DNA of 63,062 bases, filler included, from Chiloscyllium plagiosum (taxonomy: Eukaryota): assembly GCF_004010195.1 (NCBI RefSeq). It is 4 parts of one record of this genome, joined end to end, with 100 filler letters (N's around TTAATTAATTAA, not from the genome) between each part and the next. Parts side by side here need not be neighbours in the genome. Positions count along the whole stretch, not along the records: positions 29,165 to 44,062 come from NC_057713.1; positions 44,163 to 56,020 come from NC_057713.1; 2 more parts are not named here. One strand, written 5' to 3'. The notes under the pieces are model-generated. The model was given only the letters and a program-made list of their open reading frames with translations. It was not told where the DNA came from and searched no databases. A program made the position numbers and the translations under genes. This document shows, piece by piece, positions 37,005 through 49,749 of this stretch; position 1 is the first letter of the stretch; each line of letters opens with the position of its first letter.

Positions 37005-39255
37005 TAAGTGGAAGGAACTTGCACCTGAGTTGAAGGAAGTAGGTGAGGTCCTTAATGAATACTTTGCTTCAGTATTCATTACTGATGATGGACCTTGACA
37101 TGTAAAATAGTCTGATATGCTCGAACAGTTTGATGTTAGGAAGGAGGATATGCTGAAAATTTTGAAAAACATATGGATAGGTAAATTTCCTGCACCAGAC
37201 TGAATATTCCCAAAGTTGCTACAGGAAGAGAAGAAAGAGATTGCTGTGCCTTTGGAGATGATTAGATTAGATTAGATTAGATTAGAGTGTGGAAACAGGC
37301 CCTTCAGCCCAACAAGTCCACACCGACCCGCCGAAGCGCAACCTACCCATACCCCTACATTTACCCCTTATCTAACGCTACAGGAAATTTAGCATGGCCA
37401 ATTCACCTGACCTGCACATCTTTGGACTGTGGGAGGAAACCGGAGCACCCGGAGGAAACCCACACAGACACGGGGAGAACGTGCAAACTCCACACAGTCA
37501 ATCGCCTGAGGCAGGAATTGAACCCGGGTATCAGGCGCTGTGAGGCAGCAGTGCTAACCACTGCGCCACCGTGCCGCCCACAATCTTTGCAGTGACGATG
37601 CAATGATCTTTGCATCATCACTGTCCACTGGACAGTGGTGTAGTGGCAGATGATTGGAGGTTGCCAAATGTTATTCCCTTGTTCAAGAAAGGGAACAGGG
37701 ATAATCTTGGTAATTACAGACTAGTCAGTTTTATGTCAGTAATGGACAAAGTATTGGAGAGGATTCTGAGAGACAGGATTTATGAATATTTGGAAAACCA
37801 TAGTTTGATTAGAGACAGTAAGCATGGCTTTATGAGAGGTAGGTCATGCCTCACAAACCTTATTGAATTATTTGAGGATGTGACAAAACACGTTGATGAA
37901 GGTAGAGCGAGGGATGTAGTGTATGCGGATTTTGGCAAGGCATTTAATAAGGTTCCCCATGGTAGGCTCATTCAGAAAGTAAGGAGGCATGGGATATGGA
38001 GAAATCTGGCAGTCTGGATGTAGAATTGGCTGGCCCATAGAAGACAGAGTGTGGTGTGGATGGAAAGTATTCAGCCTGGATTCACCAGTGGTATTCCGCA
38101 GGGATCGGTTCTGGGATCTCTGTTCTTTGTGATTTTTATAAATGACTTGGATGAGGAAGTGGAAGGGTGCATTATTAAGTTCGCCGATGACATGAAGGTT
38201 GGTGGAGTTGTGGATAGTGTGTAGGGTTGTTGTAGGTTGCAACAAGACATTGACAGGATGCAGAGCTGGGCTGATAAGTGGCAGATGGAGTTCAACTTGA
38301 AAAAGCGTGAAGTCGTTCACTTTAGAAGATTAAATTTGATACAGGGATAAAGGCAGGATTCTTTAGTGTGGAGGAACAGAAGGATCTTGGGGTCCATGTC
38401 CATAGATCCATCAAATTTGTCACCCAGATTGATAGGGTTGTTAAGAAGGTGCATGGTGTGTTGGCTTTCATTAGCAAAGGGATCGAGTTTAAGGGCCTCG
38501 AGGTTATGCTGCAGCTCTATAGAGCCCTGGTTAGACCACACTTAGAATATTGTGTTCAGTTCTGGTCATCTCATTATAGGAAAGATGTGGAAGGTTTAGA
38601 AAGTGTTCAAAGGAGATTTACCAGGATGCTGCCAGGACTGGAGTACATGTCTTATGAAGAAAGCTTGAGGGCGCTAAGGTTTTTCTCATCGGAGCGAAGA
38701 AGGATGAGAGGTGACTTGATGGAAGTGTATATGATGATGAGAGGCATAGATAGAGTGGATAGCCAGAGAAGTTTTCCCATGGCAGAAATATCTATCACAA
38801 GGGGGCATAATTTTAAGGTAATCGGAAGAAGGTTTAGGGGAGATGTCAGAGGTAGGTTCTTTACTCAGAGAGTGGTGGATGCATGGAATACACTGCCAGC
38901 AGTGGTAGTAGAATCAGATACATTAGGGACAGTTAAGCAACTCTGGAATAGGCACACTCTATGCTACTTTCTCCTCACCCCTGCCCCCCTCTCATTTATC
39001 TCTCCACTCTGCAGGCACCCTGCCTCTATTCCTGATGAAGGGCTCCTCGGATGCTGCCTGACCTGCTGTGCTTTTCCAGCACTACTCTAATCTAGACTCT
39101 TGTTTCCAGCATCTGCAGTCCTTGTTTTTACCACATGGAAGATTGTACAATGACGGGTATGTAGGTTAGTCTGATCTTATAGTAGGATAAAAAGCTGACA
39201 CAACAACAAGGGCCGAAGGGCCTATACTGTGCTGTGCTGATCTATGTGTTCGATG
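37005..39255 (+). mobile_element. CR1 LINE ORF2 with a nested HE1 (37261-37578, minus) and a PLE fragment (about 38955-39130)
   Basis: ORFs 37610-38023 and 38368-39090; KFADDMKV; tail at 39135-39255. Confidence 0.9.
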
Positions 39256-40860
39256 CTTAAATTGTCTGAAGTGTCCAGGGACGTGCTTACTAGGTGGATT
39301 AGCTATGGGAAATGCAGGATTACAGAAATAGGATAGGGTAGGAGGATGGGATGCTTGGTGTGGGCTTGATTTGCTGAATGGCCTGCTTCCACACTGTAGG
39401 GTTTCTATGATTCTGAGACAGAGGGCTGGCACCAATACCATCACTGATAATTGGCTGTACAGCTAACCGAGGAGTGCAAAATTAAGACAGGCCAACCAAA
39501 CTCACTGGAATAACTGTATGACAGAGAATGGGGAGCTAGATTTTCCAGTAGTGCACTGGAGGTCTTGAGAAGGGGAGAATTATGCTGTATCCATAGCAGG
39601 GTCTACATAGCTTCCTGGCAATCTCTAAGAAGTCAGTAGGAGTAAACAACCATGATGGTCAATGCAAGGATTCTAACCCAAGGGTTGCTGTGCCTCTTTC
39701 ATTGAATGACTTCATTCAGTGGTCATGATCACCTCAAATTCCACATCCCAACAATTACCCCCATCCTCACGGAAACTGCCTGGAAACTATCATTGCACTT
39801 AATCAAGTGAATGACGTACAGCAGAATTTGCATATGGAGGGACAGTGAGCAGAGCTGACATCCAGCCAGAGAAGGAAACACTACCGTGTCAGTCTATTGA
39901 AGGGTTACTATATTAATATGAAGGCCACTAATTTCATTTTTTCTCAGAGTGAAAACACTCTGCTTATGTTTCCTCTATCAAAACCTTCCATAGTTTTAAA
40001 AGTATCTATTAGATTAGTGTTCCTCACAAGAGAAAACATACACAGTGTTTATTCTTTCCTAATAGTCATTTCTATGGTGTCTCGTACATTGTTTCTACTC
40101 TCTCTTCATTGCTGCATTATAAGTACAATCAAAAGAGTATATTTTGCTCCAAACATGGTTTAATCAATATTCAACACAATGCTTGCAAAGCCACTCTACA
40201 TTTCCATTCTATTCCAGTTGTATTAAGCCTGATTTCTTGTCTCTTAGTGATAGCGTTAGCATCAGCTTCTGCAACTTGTTTATTTGTACTCCAGGTTGCT
40301 TTGATCCTTTACATTTAATTTCTTATTTTTTGGAACAAAACATAATAACTCATACTTATGCAATGAAATTCATTTGCCATTTTTTTCGGTAATCTACTAT
40401 ATAACATCTGATCGAAGGCTGTATAGATGTCCAGTGAAGGTGGACAAGTAAGATTTTATATTTAAAGCCCATTCTGAATATTCAGATTATTATGAATTAG
40501 GTCACAAGAAATTAGTAAGTTATAAAGCTATTGTACACTGTGTTCATCATAGAATGGAGTTACAGTGCTCCTTTTCTATTGATAATTTGTGTTCCCTGCT
40601 TTTGTCCAATCTTGCAAACACATAACCAATAGCATGGCTTGATAGGCTATGCATTTCACTCCACTATGAACCTGGCCAGTTTGGTATATTACATCATACA
40701 AATTGCAGCCTCTGATTCTGGATTCTTCCATCGATAGGGAGTGTTTCTATATTCTATCTAAACACTTCATGATTTTGAATGCCACTGCCAACCTCTCAAC
40801 CATTACTCATCTGAGGAGACCCATGTTGCGTTTGCAGTCTACTCACGTAACTACATCATA

Positions 40861-41166
40861 GGTGGCACAGTGGTTAGCACTGCTGCCTCACAGTGCTAGA
40901 GACCTGGGTTCAATTCCCGCCTCAGGCAACTGCCTGTGTGGAGTTTGCACATTCTCCCCATGTCTGTGCGGGTTTCCTCTGGGTGCTCTGGTTTCCTCCC
41001 ACAGTCCAAAAATGTGCAGGTTAGATGAATTGGCCATGCTAAATTGCCAAAGTGTTAGGTGAAGGGATAAATGTAGGGGAATGGGTCTGGATGGGTTGCT
41101 CTTCGGAGGGTCGGTGTGGACTTGTTGGGCCGAAGGGCCTGTTTCTACACTGTGAGTAATCTAATC
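40861..41166 (+). mobile_element. HE1 SINE
   Basis: Full HE1 consensus features. Confidence 0.9.
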
Positions 41167-41464
41167 ATACAGTTCCTCATCCCTATGAATCTTTTCTGCA
41201 TCCTTTTTCATGTCTTCATGCCCTTCCTTTGTATGCCTCGAACTCTACACAATATTCCTGTTCAGGGTGAACCAGTTTTTCTAGAAGTTTAACACAAATT
41301 CCTTGCTTTTGGACCCTATGCCTCTGTTAGTAAAGGCTAGGATACTGTATGTTTTATTAACTGCTGTCTGGCCCTTTCTGCCAACTTCAATGGTTTGTTG
41401 CAGGTCTCTGTTCCTGCACCCTCTTTAGAGTAGTACAACTTATTTTATATTGTCTCTTACTGAC

Positions 41465-42500
41465 TTAGTCATAGAGTCATAGAGGTGTACAGCACAGAAA
41501 CAGACTGAACAACTCATCCATGCCGACCAGATATCCCAACCTGCCAGCACCAGGCCCATATCCCTCCAAACCTTTCCTATTCATATACCCATCCCAATGC
41601 CTTTTAAATGTTGCAATTGTACCAGCCTCCACCATTTCCTCTGGCAGCTCATTCCATACATGTACCACCCTCTGCGTGAAAAAGTTGCCCCTTAGGTCTC
41701 TTTTATGTCTTTGCCTCTTACTGTAAACTATGCCTTCTAGTTCTGGGCTCCCCCACCACAAGGAAAAAAAACTTTGTCTATTTATCCTATCCATGCCCTC
41801 ATGACTTTATAAACCTCTTTAAGGTCAGCCCTCCGCCTCCGACACTCCAGGGGAAAACAGCCCTAGCCTATTCAACCTCTCCCTATAGATCAAATTCTCC
41901 AACCCTGGCAACATCCTTGTAAATCTTTTCTGAACCCTTTCAGGTTTCACAACATCTTTCCAATAGGAAGGAGACGAGAACTGCATGCAATTTTCCAATA
42001 GTGGCCTAACCAATGTTCTGTACGGCCGCAACATGACCTCCCAATTCCTGTACTCAATACTCTGACCAATAAAGGAAAACATACCAAATGCCGCCTTCAC
42101 TATCCTATCTGCCTGCAACTCCACTTTCAAGGAACTATGAACCTGCACTCCAAGGTCTCTTTGTTCAGCAACATTCCCGAGGACCTTACCATTAAGTGTA
42201 TATGTCCTGCTAAGATTTGCTTTCCCAAAATGCAGCACCTCACATTTATCTAAATTAAACTCCATCTGTCACTTCTCATCAAGATTTTGTTGTAATCTGA
42301 GGTAAGCTTCTTTGTTGTCCACTACACCTCCAATTTTGGTGTCATCTGCAAACTTACTAACTATACCTCTTATGCTCACATCCAAATTATTTATGTAAAT
42401 GATGAAAAGTGGTGGATCCTTGTAGCACTCCACTGGTCACAGGTCTCCAGTCTGAAAAACAACCCTCCACCATCACCCTCTGTCTTCTACATTTGAGCCT
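41465..42500 (-). mobile_element. CR1 LINE 3' part
   Basis: ORF 41825-42265 MEFNLDKC...FTRMLPGL; (ACTCTATG)n tail. Confidence 0.92.
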
Positions 42501-43582
42501 TATCTGTATTAAATTTAATTTATGCCCTTTGTCCATACATTTTACTAATCAATGCCCTTTTCAAGTTCTGCAGTACCCTCCTGACAGTTCAAAATATGTA
42601 CAAGATTTTCACTGTTCACGGATTTTAAAATCATGCCCTGTACACCAACATCTAGGTCATTCATACGATTAGGAAAAGGACCAATCTCTGGGTAACTCTA
42701 TCACAAACATTGCTCCAGCTTGAAAAACAATCATTAAGCACCATTCTCCACCCCATTTTCTCCCAGTCTGTTTTGAGACTCTTTGTCAAACACCTTTTGG
42801 AAGCCCAATAGCAGATGTCCATTTTCTCTCATCAACTCTCATTGTTACCTTTTCAAAAACTTAAGCAAGTTAGTTAAACATGATTTACACTTAACAAATC
42901 CATGCTGACTTTCCTCAGTAAGAAATCCCAAAATAAAACTGGAAATGCTGAAAAAACAGGTGAGATATCCTTTATCCACACGTCCAAAAACCGAAATGGC
43001 TGAAAAGGGCCAAGGGCAAAGCCGAAAGGAAAAAGACTTTTGTCCTGAATTATTTCGAGAAGACCCACCACTGAAAGGCCTTTTAGTTGCTGGGTTTATC
43101 ATTACATCATTCTTTGAGCAAGAGTCAAGCATTTGCAGTCTTCTGGCATCATCCTGACTCAGGGGAGACTGAAAGATAGCAGCCAGTGTCTCTAAGATTT
43201 CCACAGTATGAATTCATTAGATGTCTTTGGATTCATGGTACAGACAGCTTGTTCTCTATCAATTTTAAACCTTCAGATGTTTGAATTTTCTCCTCAGTCA
43301 TCATGATCTGAGTAGTGTCTTCATCCCAAATAAAGTATTTTATTACTTGAGCCATGCCCTCTGCTTCCATGTATAAATTCCCTCTTTAGTCCCCATTAGT
43401 CACATTCCTCCTTTTACCCCACTTTTAAAATTTACGTGCTGATAAAATACTTTTATATTCCCTATACTCTATCATTGCTACTGTCTTTTCTAAAGGGCCT
43501 CAATTCAATGTCTCTATAAATTTGATCGGATCCACTTTTGGATGTGTGGATAAAGGATGTCTTACCTGTATTATTTTTGTTT

Positions 43583-44062
43583 TAGAGTCATAGAAATGTA
43601 CAGCATGGAAACAGACCCTTCAGTCCAACCCATCCATGCCGACCAGATATCCCAACCCAATCTAGTCCCACCTGCCAGTACCTGGCCCATATCCCTCCAA
43701 ACCCTTCCTATTCATATACACATCCAAATGCCTCTTAAATGTTGCAATTGTACCAGCCTCCACGACAGCCTCTGGCAGCTCATTCCATACACGTACCATC
43801 CTCTGTTGCCACTTATGGTCTCTTTTATATCTTTCCCCGCTCACACTAAACCTATGCCCTCTAGTTCTGGACTCCCCGACCCCAGGGTAAAGACTTTACC
43901 TATTTACCCTATCCATGCCCCTCATAATTTTGTAAACCTCTATGATGTCACCCCTCAGCCTCCGATGCTCCAGGGAAATCAGTCCCAGCCTGTTCAGCCT
44001 CTCCCTATAGCTCAAATCCTCCAACCCTGGCAACATACTTGTAAATCTTTTCTGAACCCTTT
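43583..44062 (-). mobile_element. CR1 LINE 3' end running into the gap
   Basis: Same subfamily as 55366-56020. Confidence 0.9.
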
Positions 44063-44162
44063 NNNNNNNNNNNNNNNNNNNNNNNNNNNNNNNNNNNNNN
44101 NNNNNNTTAATTAATTAANNNNNNNNNNNNNNNNNNNNNNNNNNNNNNNNNNNNNNNNNNNN
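44063..44162. other. Artificial 100-nt contig spacer
   Basis: N44-TTAATTAATTAA-N44. Confidence 0.97.
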
Positions 44163-44675
44163 CGAACCTCGGCAAACACCACTGCATTCCTCTCCAGACT
44201 TCCTCTGCAAAGGCACATTCCAGAATGAGGTGTGTGACAGTCTCGTCCCCCCCGCAGCCGCTTGGAGGGCAGCGTGCGGTGCGGCTGAGAGTCCGGGTGT
44301 GCATAAAGGGTCTCACAGGCAGAGCCCTTCTCACCACCAGCCAAGCCATGTCTTGGTGCTTGTTGGAAAGTTCTGGCGATGAGGCATTCTGCCAAATGGC
44401 TTTGACAGTCTGCTCAGGGAACCGCTCGATAGGATCCGCCCTCTCCTTTTCCCGAAGGGTCTCAAGGACACTACGTGCTGACCACTTCCTAATGGACTTG
44501 TGGTCAAAGGTGTTTTTCTTCATAAACTTCTCCACGAAGGACAGGTGATACGGAACGGTCCAACTACTCGGAGCGTTCCGCGGCAACAAGGCCAGGCCCA
44601 TCCTTCGCAACACCGGGGACAAGTAGAACCTCAGTACGTAGTGACACTTGGTGTTTGCGTACCGGGGATCCACGC
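44163..44675 (-). mobile_element. Tx1-like (L1 clade) LINE ORF2 C-terminus with zf-RVT zinc knuckle
   Basis: Open, CpG-rich frame: WQNASSPELSNKHQDMAWLVVRRALPV...CPPSGCGGDETVTHLILECAFAEEVW. Confidence 0.82.
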
Positions 44676-45092
44676 TATTTAGTCAACATTTAATTAAGTG
44701 AGACTAGAACTGTATACCATATTTGAGATGTGGTCTCACTGATGCCCTGTATGATTTGAAGCCTCCTTATGTTTATGTTAAATTTCTCTTGTCATCCCAT
44801 TACTTGCTCAATCACTTAATCACTTGCTCAGTTTCTCAAGGTCCTTTCTTTTCTGAAGGCTCCATGGAAGGAGGAGGAGCTAACGGTAGTTATAGCCTCC
44901 CATGTGGCCCTGCATCACCACAACAGTGTTCACTGCCCGAGTTGCCTGGACCTGCCTCATTGGCTGTAACAACAAGACATGCCTCACTGGCCCATTTGGC
45001 ATGTCTTCCACAAGGGGTCACTCTTTTCTTGCAAGTCAGTCCACTGTTTTTAATTGGTCACATCTGGTGGAATATTGCAGGAACTTCTCAAA

Positions 45093-45345
45093 TCCCTACA
45101 GTGTGGAAGCAGGCCATTCAGCCCAGCGAGTCAACACTGACCTGCAGAAGAGCAACCCCCACCCAGAACCACCCCAAAACCCTGCATTTCTCACAGCTAA
45201 TCCACCTAACCTGTACCTCTTTGGATTGTGGGAGAAAATCCACACAGATACAGAGAGAATGTGCAAACTGCATGCAGAGTACCCCCAACACTGGGATCGT
45301 ACCGGCTGCTGTGAGGTAGCAGTTCTAATCACTGAGCCTGCTGTC
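45093..45345 (-). mobile_element. Old HE1 SINE
   Basis: Reverse-complement HE1 similarity. Confidence 0.75.
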
Positions 45346-46034
45346 AGGCCTTGCTTATGCCTGTAAAAGGAGGCCATTCAGCCCATGATACCTGCATGTG
45401 TCTAACTCTGTTTCTGTCTGATGTCAGACACTGCTGTCTGACCTGCGGAGTATTTCCAGCATTTTCTGTTTTTATTTCAAACTTCCAGCATCTACAGTAC
45501 TTTTGTGCCGCTGGGATCAGTTTTGCTTTCCATTTGGTTTATTTTTTTCCAGTATGGTAGCTTAGTAGGAATTTATTTTACAGGGCTGGTAACTCAGATG
45601 CACTGGAGCTATGATTTCACATCTCAGCATGGCAGATGGAGGAATTTATTAAAATAAAGCTAGGTTAAAACTGCTTCCCTCAGTAATGAGGACCAAATTG
45701 TTGTTAAAAACTCATTTAGTTCATAAATGTATTATATGGAAGGCAATTGTTCAGTCTTTCCCTACAGCTGAGTCCAGACTCTTAGCAATTGACCTTTAAG
45801 TTGACCCTTAACTACCCTATGAAAACACTTAGCGTAATGGGAGGAGTGTGCAAGCAATCAAGCTCCAATTAGTGATTATTTTTAATCACCAAGAATGGTC
45901 AATTTGTTAATTACTATTATCTAGAACAAAAGAGACTTGTTTTTCAAGAAACTTAAAGTTAATTAGTTCGTTAAGAAATAAGCCCTTTTAAAATAAGTAG
46001 CAAAATCAGTTATTGATTAAGATACTGTGGCATT

Positions 46035-46362
46035 CAACTGGATTTCACCAGTTTCTTCATCCCCCCTCCCCCCACCTTGTCTCAGCCGGATCCCTCCCGC
46101 CTGGCACCGCCTTCCTGACCTGCAGTCTTTTTCTTGACCTCTCCGCCTCCACCCTGCTCCGACCTATCACCCTCACCTTGACCTCTTTCCACCTATCACA
46201 TTTCCAACGCCCCTCCTCCAAGTCCCTCCTCCCTACCTTTTATCTTCTCCTGCTGAACACTCTCTGCTCATTCCTGAAGAAGGGCATGTGCCCGAAACGT
46301 CGAATCTTCTGTTCCCTAGATGCTGCCTGACCTGCTGTGCTGTTCCAGCAATAAAGTTTCAG
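46035..46362 (+). mobile_element. PLE (Neptune-type) 3' terminal repeat
   Basis: ggatttcaccagtttc ORF end, C-rich UTR, intact hammerhead, aataaa end. Confidence 0.8.
46270..46305 (+). ncRNA. Minimal type-I hammerhead motif, family B (Neptune-type PLE terminal repeat), intact core
   Basis: AUUC-CUGAAGA-A-GGGC(AUGU)GCCC-GAAAC-GUC-GAAU. Stem I AUUC/GAAU, GUC triplet. Confidence 0.8.
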
Positions 46363-46369
46363 CTCAAGA

Positions 46370-47125
46370 TTGGAGGAGGTACAGTTGAAGTGCTATTCCA
46401 CCTGGAAAGAGTGTTTAGGCCCTTGGATGGTGAGCAGGGAGGAGGTGAAGTGGCAGGTGTTGCATCTTCTGTTGTTACATGGGAAGGTGCCATGGGAAAG
46501 GGGGTTTAGTTTGGTGGTTGTGGAATGGACTTGAGTGGTGTGGAGGAACAAACCCTGTGAAATAAGGGGAAAGATGTGTTTGAGAGTGATGTTCTGCTGG
46601 AGTCATCTGAAATGGCATGGGTGTGACAAGGGACGTGGGGTGTGACAAGCAGTAGTGAAAGTAGCTCTGGGAGTCAGTGGCTTTGTAGTGTTGGCAGTGG
46701 ACAGTTTATTCCCCAAAATGGAGACAGAGAGGTCAAGGAAAGGAAGGAAAGTGTCAGAAAGCGACGATACGAAAGTTATAGAGGGGTGGAAATTGGAAGC
46801 AAAATGAACAAAGTTTTCAAGGTCCTGGCAGGAGAATGAAGCAGCACCAAAGCAGTCGTTGACGTACTGAGAAAAAAAGAGTTGTGGGAGGGGGCAGTGT
46901 AAACTGGAACAAGGATCATTCCACATACTCCATAAAGAGACAGGCATGACTGGGACCATCTGGGTGCTCATATGCTCATAGCCACTCCTTTGATTTGGCA
47001 CAAGTGAGATGAACTAAAGGAAAAATTGTTCAGTGACAGAACCAGATGGAGGAACGTGGTGCTCGATAGGGATTGTTTAGATCTCTGGTCGAGGAAGAAG
47101 CTGAGAGCTCTCAGACCATCCTGGT
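46370..47125 (-). mobile_element. Older PLE RT fragment
   Basis: FFSQYVNDCFGAA...FASNFHPSITF...LPFLDLSVSI (PLE RT motifs YIDD and LPFLD). Confidence 0.8.
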
Positions 47126-48339
47126 TCTCCTTCTGCTTCCTGGAATTGCTACAAATTAATAGGAGTCATTCCAATAAATTGCATTCAAATCCATAGATGA
47201 TGCCTCAGAGCATGAAGACCCAATGCTAATGAGTTAGTAAAATTTTTTCTGTTTCTCTGTTTTAGATAGAGAGGAATGTTTGGGGTTTTGCCTATGGGTC
47301 ACTCAAAACTCAAGAGCAACTCAATTCATACTCTTTCATCACTCACTGCTTCCATTCCAAACTTTCTCACTCATCTTCATTTTTTCACTTGAGATTGGTG
47401 TATCCACTCAATCTTTTCAGCTGGAATTTTTCTCATATTCACTCCTATTCCAGAAATTCTCTCTCAATCATTCAGTTCTACATATTCATTCCTAAAAATT
47501 CAATATCGAAGGAAATGTGTTTGAACAATGATGCAAACTACAGATATAGCTGAGCATTGAATGAATGCACAATTCCTCAAACATGCAACAAAGCAAAGAA
47601 GCAGCCTGCCATTTTGCAAATAAAGGTTTGGTAAATATATTTAAAGTTTAATGATCTATGGGGAGGCAGAGATGGAATCTAATCTTAAGCTTTAATATGC
47701 CAGCAAACAAATTGTACCTAAGTACAAACCTTACCCCAGCTATACTTCAATCAGAAACTCTTTCACAATCAACAGTACAATATGATTTATTTCTTTACAT
47801 AAGATCAAAAGTTGGGATTTCTCCCCAGACACAGATGGGAACAGATTTACTCTGATTTTGCAGTGATCAATCGCACTTTTTTTTTCAAACTGCTAACTTT
47901 CCTTTACTGGAGAAAATACATTTACTGAAAATAATTTGGGTTTTTTCAAACATAAAGTTTTTCACTTTTCAGTAGGCAGTTTCTTTGCCATAAGCATACA
48001 GCTCACACATTACAAGTCAAAACATATTGCAGCAAAAGTGTTCCCATTAGTGGTGCTTTGCCCAACTGAGAACAAGACACAAAAAAATGGAGATATTTGT
48101 AACATGCCAGAGCAAGAGTAGATGGAGATCAAGCCATATCTCTGACAATACAAATATGAAAGTAACATCCAATCTGACTTTATCCAAATTTTGTATGCAA
48201 ATGGAAATAATTCATTGCTCAACATGCTTCTGTCTGGTTAAGTGATTAAATGTTCAGGTGTTGTAGGAATAGTGTTTTATTCACTTTTGAAGACAATTAG
48301 AATAGCAAGTATTGTTTTTCTGTAATGATGTATTTTACA

Positions 48340-48860
48340 ATACAGTGCACACTTCAGCTGGCCTAGAATATTGTGCTCAACTCTGAACATATGTAGAAGC
48401 TTGAGAGAGTTTGCAGAAAATATTTGGGGAGTGGTTCCAGGGATGAGAGTTCAGCTACGTTGTTTGATTTTAAAAACTGGAGTTGGTCTCCTTGGAGGAC
48501 AGATGGTTGAGAGAAGATTTATAGATGTATTCAAAATCATGAGGTTTCTGGACAGACTAGATGGGAGAAACTGTCTCCGTTGGCAGAAGGGTTGAGAACC
48601 AGGAAACATAGATTTAAGGTGATTGACAGATGAATGAAAAGTGACTTAACAAAAAACTATTTTTTGCAATGAGTGGTAAGGGTCTGGAAGACACTAACTG
48701 AAAGTGAGAGTCAGATTAAATCACTTGCAAAACTGTATTGGATAAACATTTGATGAAAATAAAATGCAAGGGAAAGAGCAAGAAAATTGTTGTCAGCTCA
48801 GACATGAGAAGGAGAATGGAGTCCCTTCTATGTTGTTCATTGGTCTATGATTCTGTGAAG
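48340..48860 (+). mobile_element. Ancient CR1 3' fragment
   Basis: LEYCAQL, FIDVFKIMRFLDRLD similarity. Confidence 0.65.
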
Positions 48861-49535
48861 ATATACAGAAGGGGATACTGCAAAGTGTTTCTAGGAAGAA
48901 GATCTAAAATAAACAGGTGAAATTTGCTCATAGGTATTTTATAATGGAAAACCTAAAAAAAAATTAAGCATGTACCTCAACATGGAATAGGAGAAGTGCA
49001 ACAATATATTTAATAAGATGAAAAGGAGCCTGCTATCAACTGTTTTCAGGTCCAGAAGTCCATCTCTTGGACTTTTGGGTTTCAGTTTGGAGGTATTCCT
49101 CAGTCAGTGAGCTGAATAGAGCATCATATCAAAGGAATAGATGCCATCACAGGAGAGGGAATATGAAAAGGACAACTAATATCATTCACAAATCACACAA
49201 CCTTTAGACAAACTGGGACGCACAAATGATCACCGCTGCAGAGTTTTATAGTTCAACCGTCCCAACTGTATGGCTATAAGCAAACTATAAACAGAGAAAT
49301 AATTTTTAAAATCCTGACTTCTTAGGAACATAGTTTTTTATAAGTTCCTGTAGAAGAGAGACCACCACAAACTTTGTTACAATATTCTTTAAAGCAACCA
49401 TAGACAATATCTGTTTGTATAGGTATCATTTGTTTGCCAATGGTCAATTGAAGAATCTAATGTAAATTGGAAAATGCAGCTCACTGTTCTTTAAAACAGT
49501 GTAATGGCAATGTGAATGAGTATTGTTTCTAAAAA

Positions 49536-49541
49536 CATGCA
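49536..49541 (-). promoter_or_regulatory. TGCATG (RBFOX-type) intronic element about 160 nt downstream of the RIMS2 microexon
   Basis: Plus-strand catgca reads TGCATG on the gene strand. A position downstream of an alternative exon is the classic enhancer location; function is inferred. Confidence 0.5.
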
Positions 49542-49701
49542 CAACTTTATTTAACATTGTTGAGATGTTTGGAGGTTATAAAATATGCATATATGCTATA
49601 AAAATACAAAGGAAAGAGGGAGAGCAGACAGCAAATAAAATCGTTGCCATTGATTTAGTTCTCTGCATTTTCCAAATGATAATATTATACAGTGCCTTTA
49701 C

Positions 49702-49749
49702 CTGAACCCTAGGAACAAAAGGCGCTGTTCTTCTACTAAGGCTTTGGCT
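49702..49749 (-). CDS. RIMS2: RIMS2 48-nt alternative exon (SQSLSRRTAPFVPRVQ) preceding the C2A domain
   Basis: Long U-rich tract, then ttttgcttaccag|AGCCAAAGC...GGGTTCAG|gtaaag. Phase 0/0, in frame with the upstream exon ending GQLS. Matches my recollection of the RIM2 optional insert SQSLSRRTTPFVPRVQ. Confidence 0.92.
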
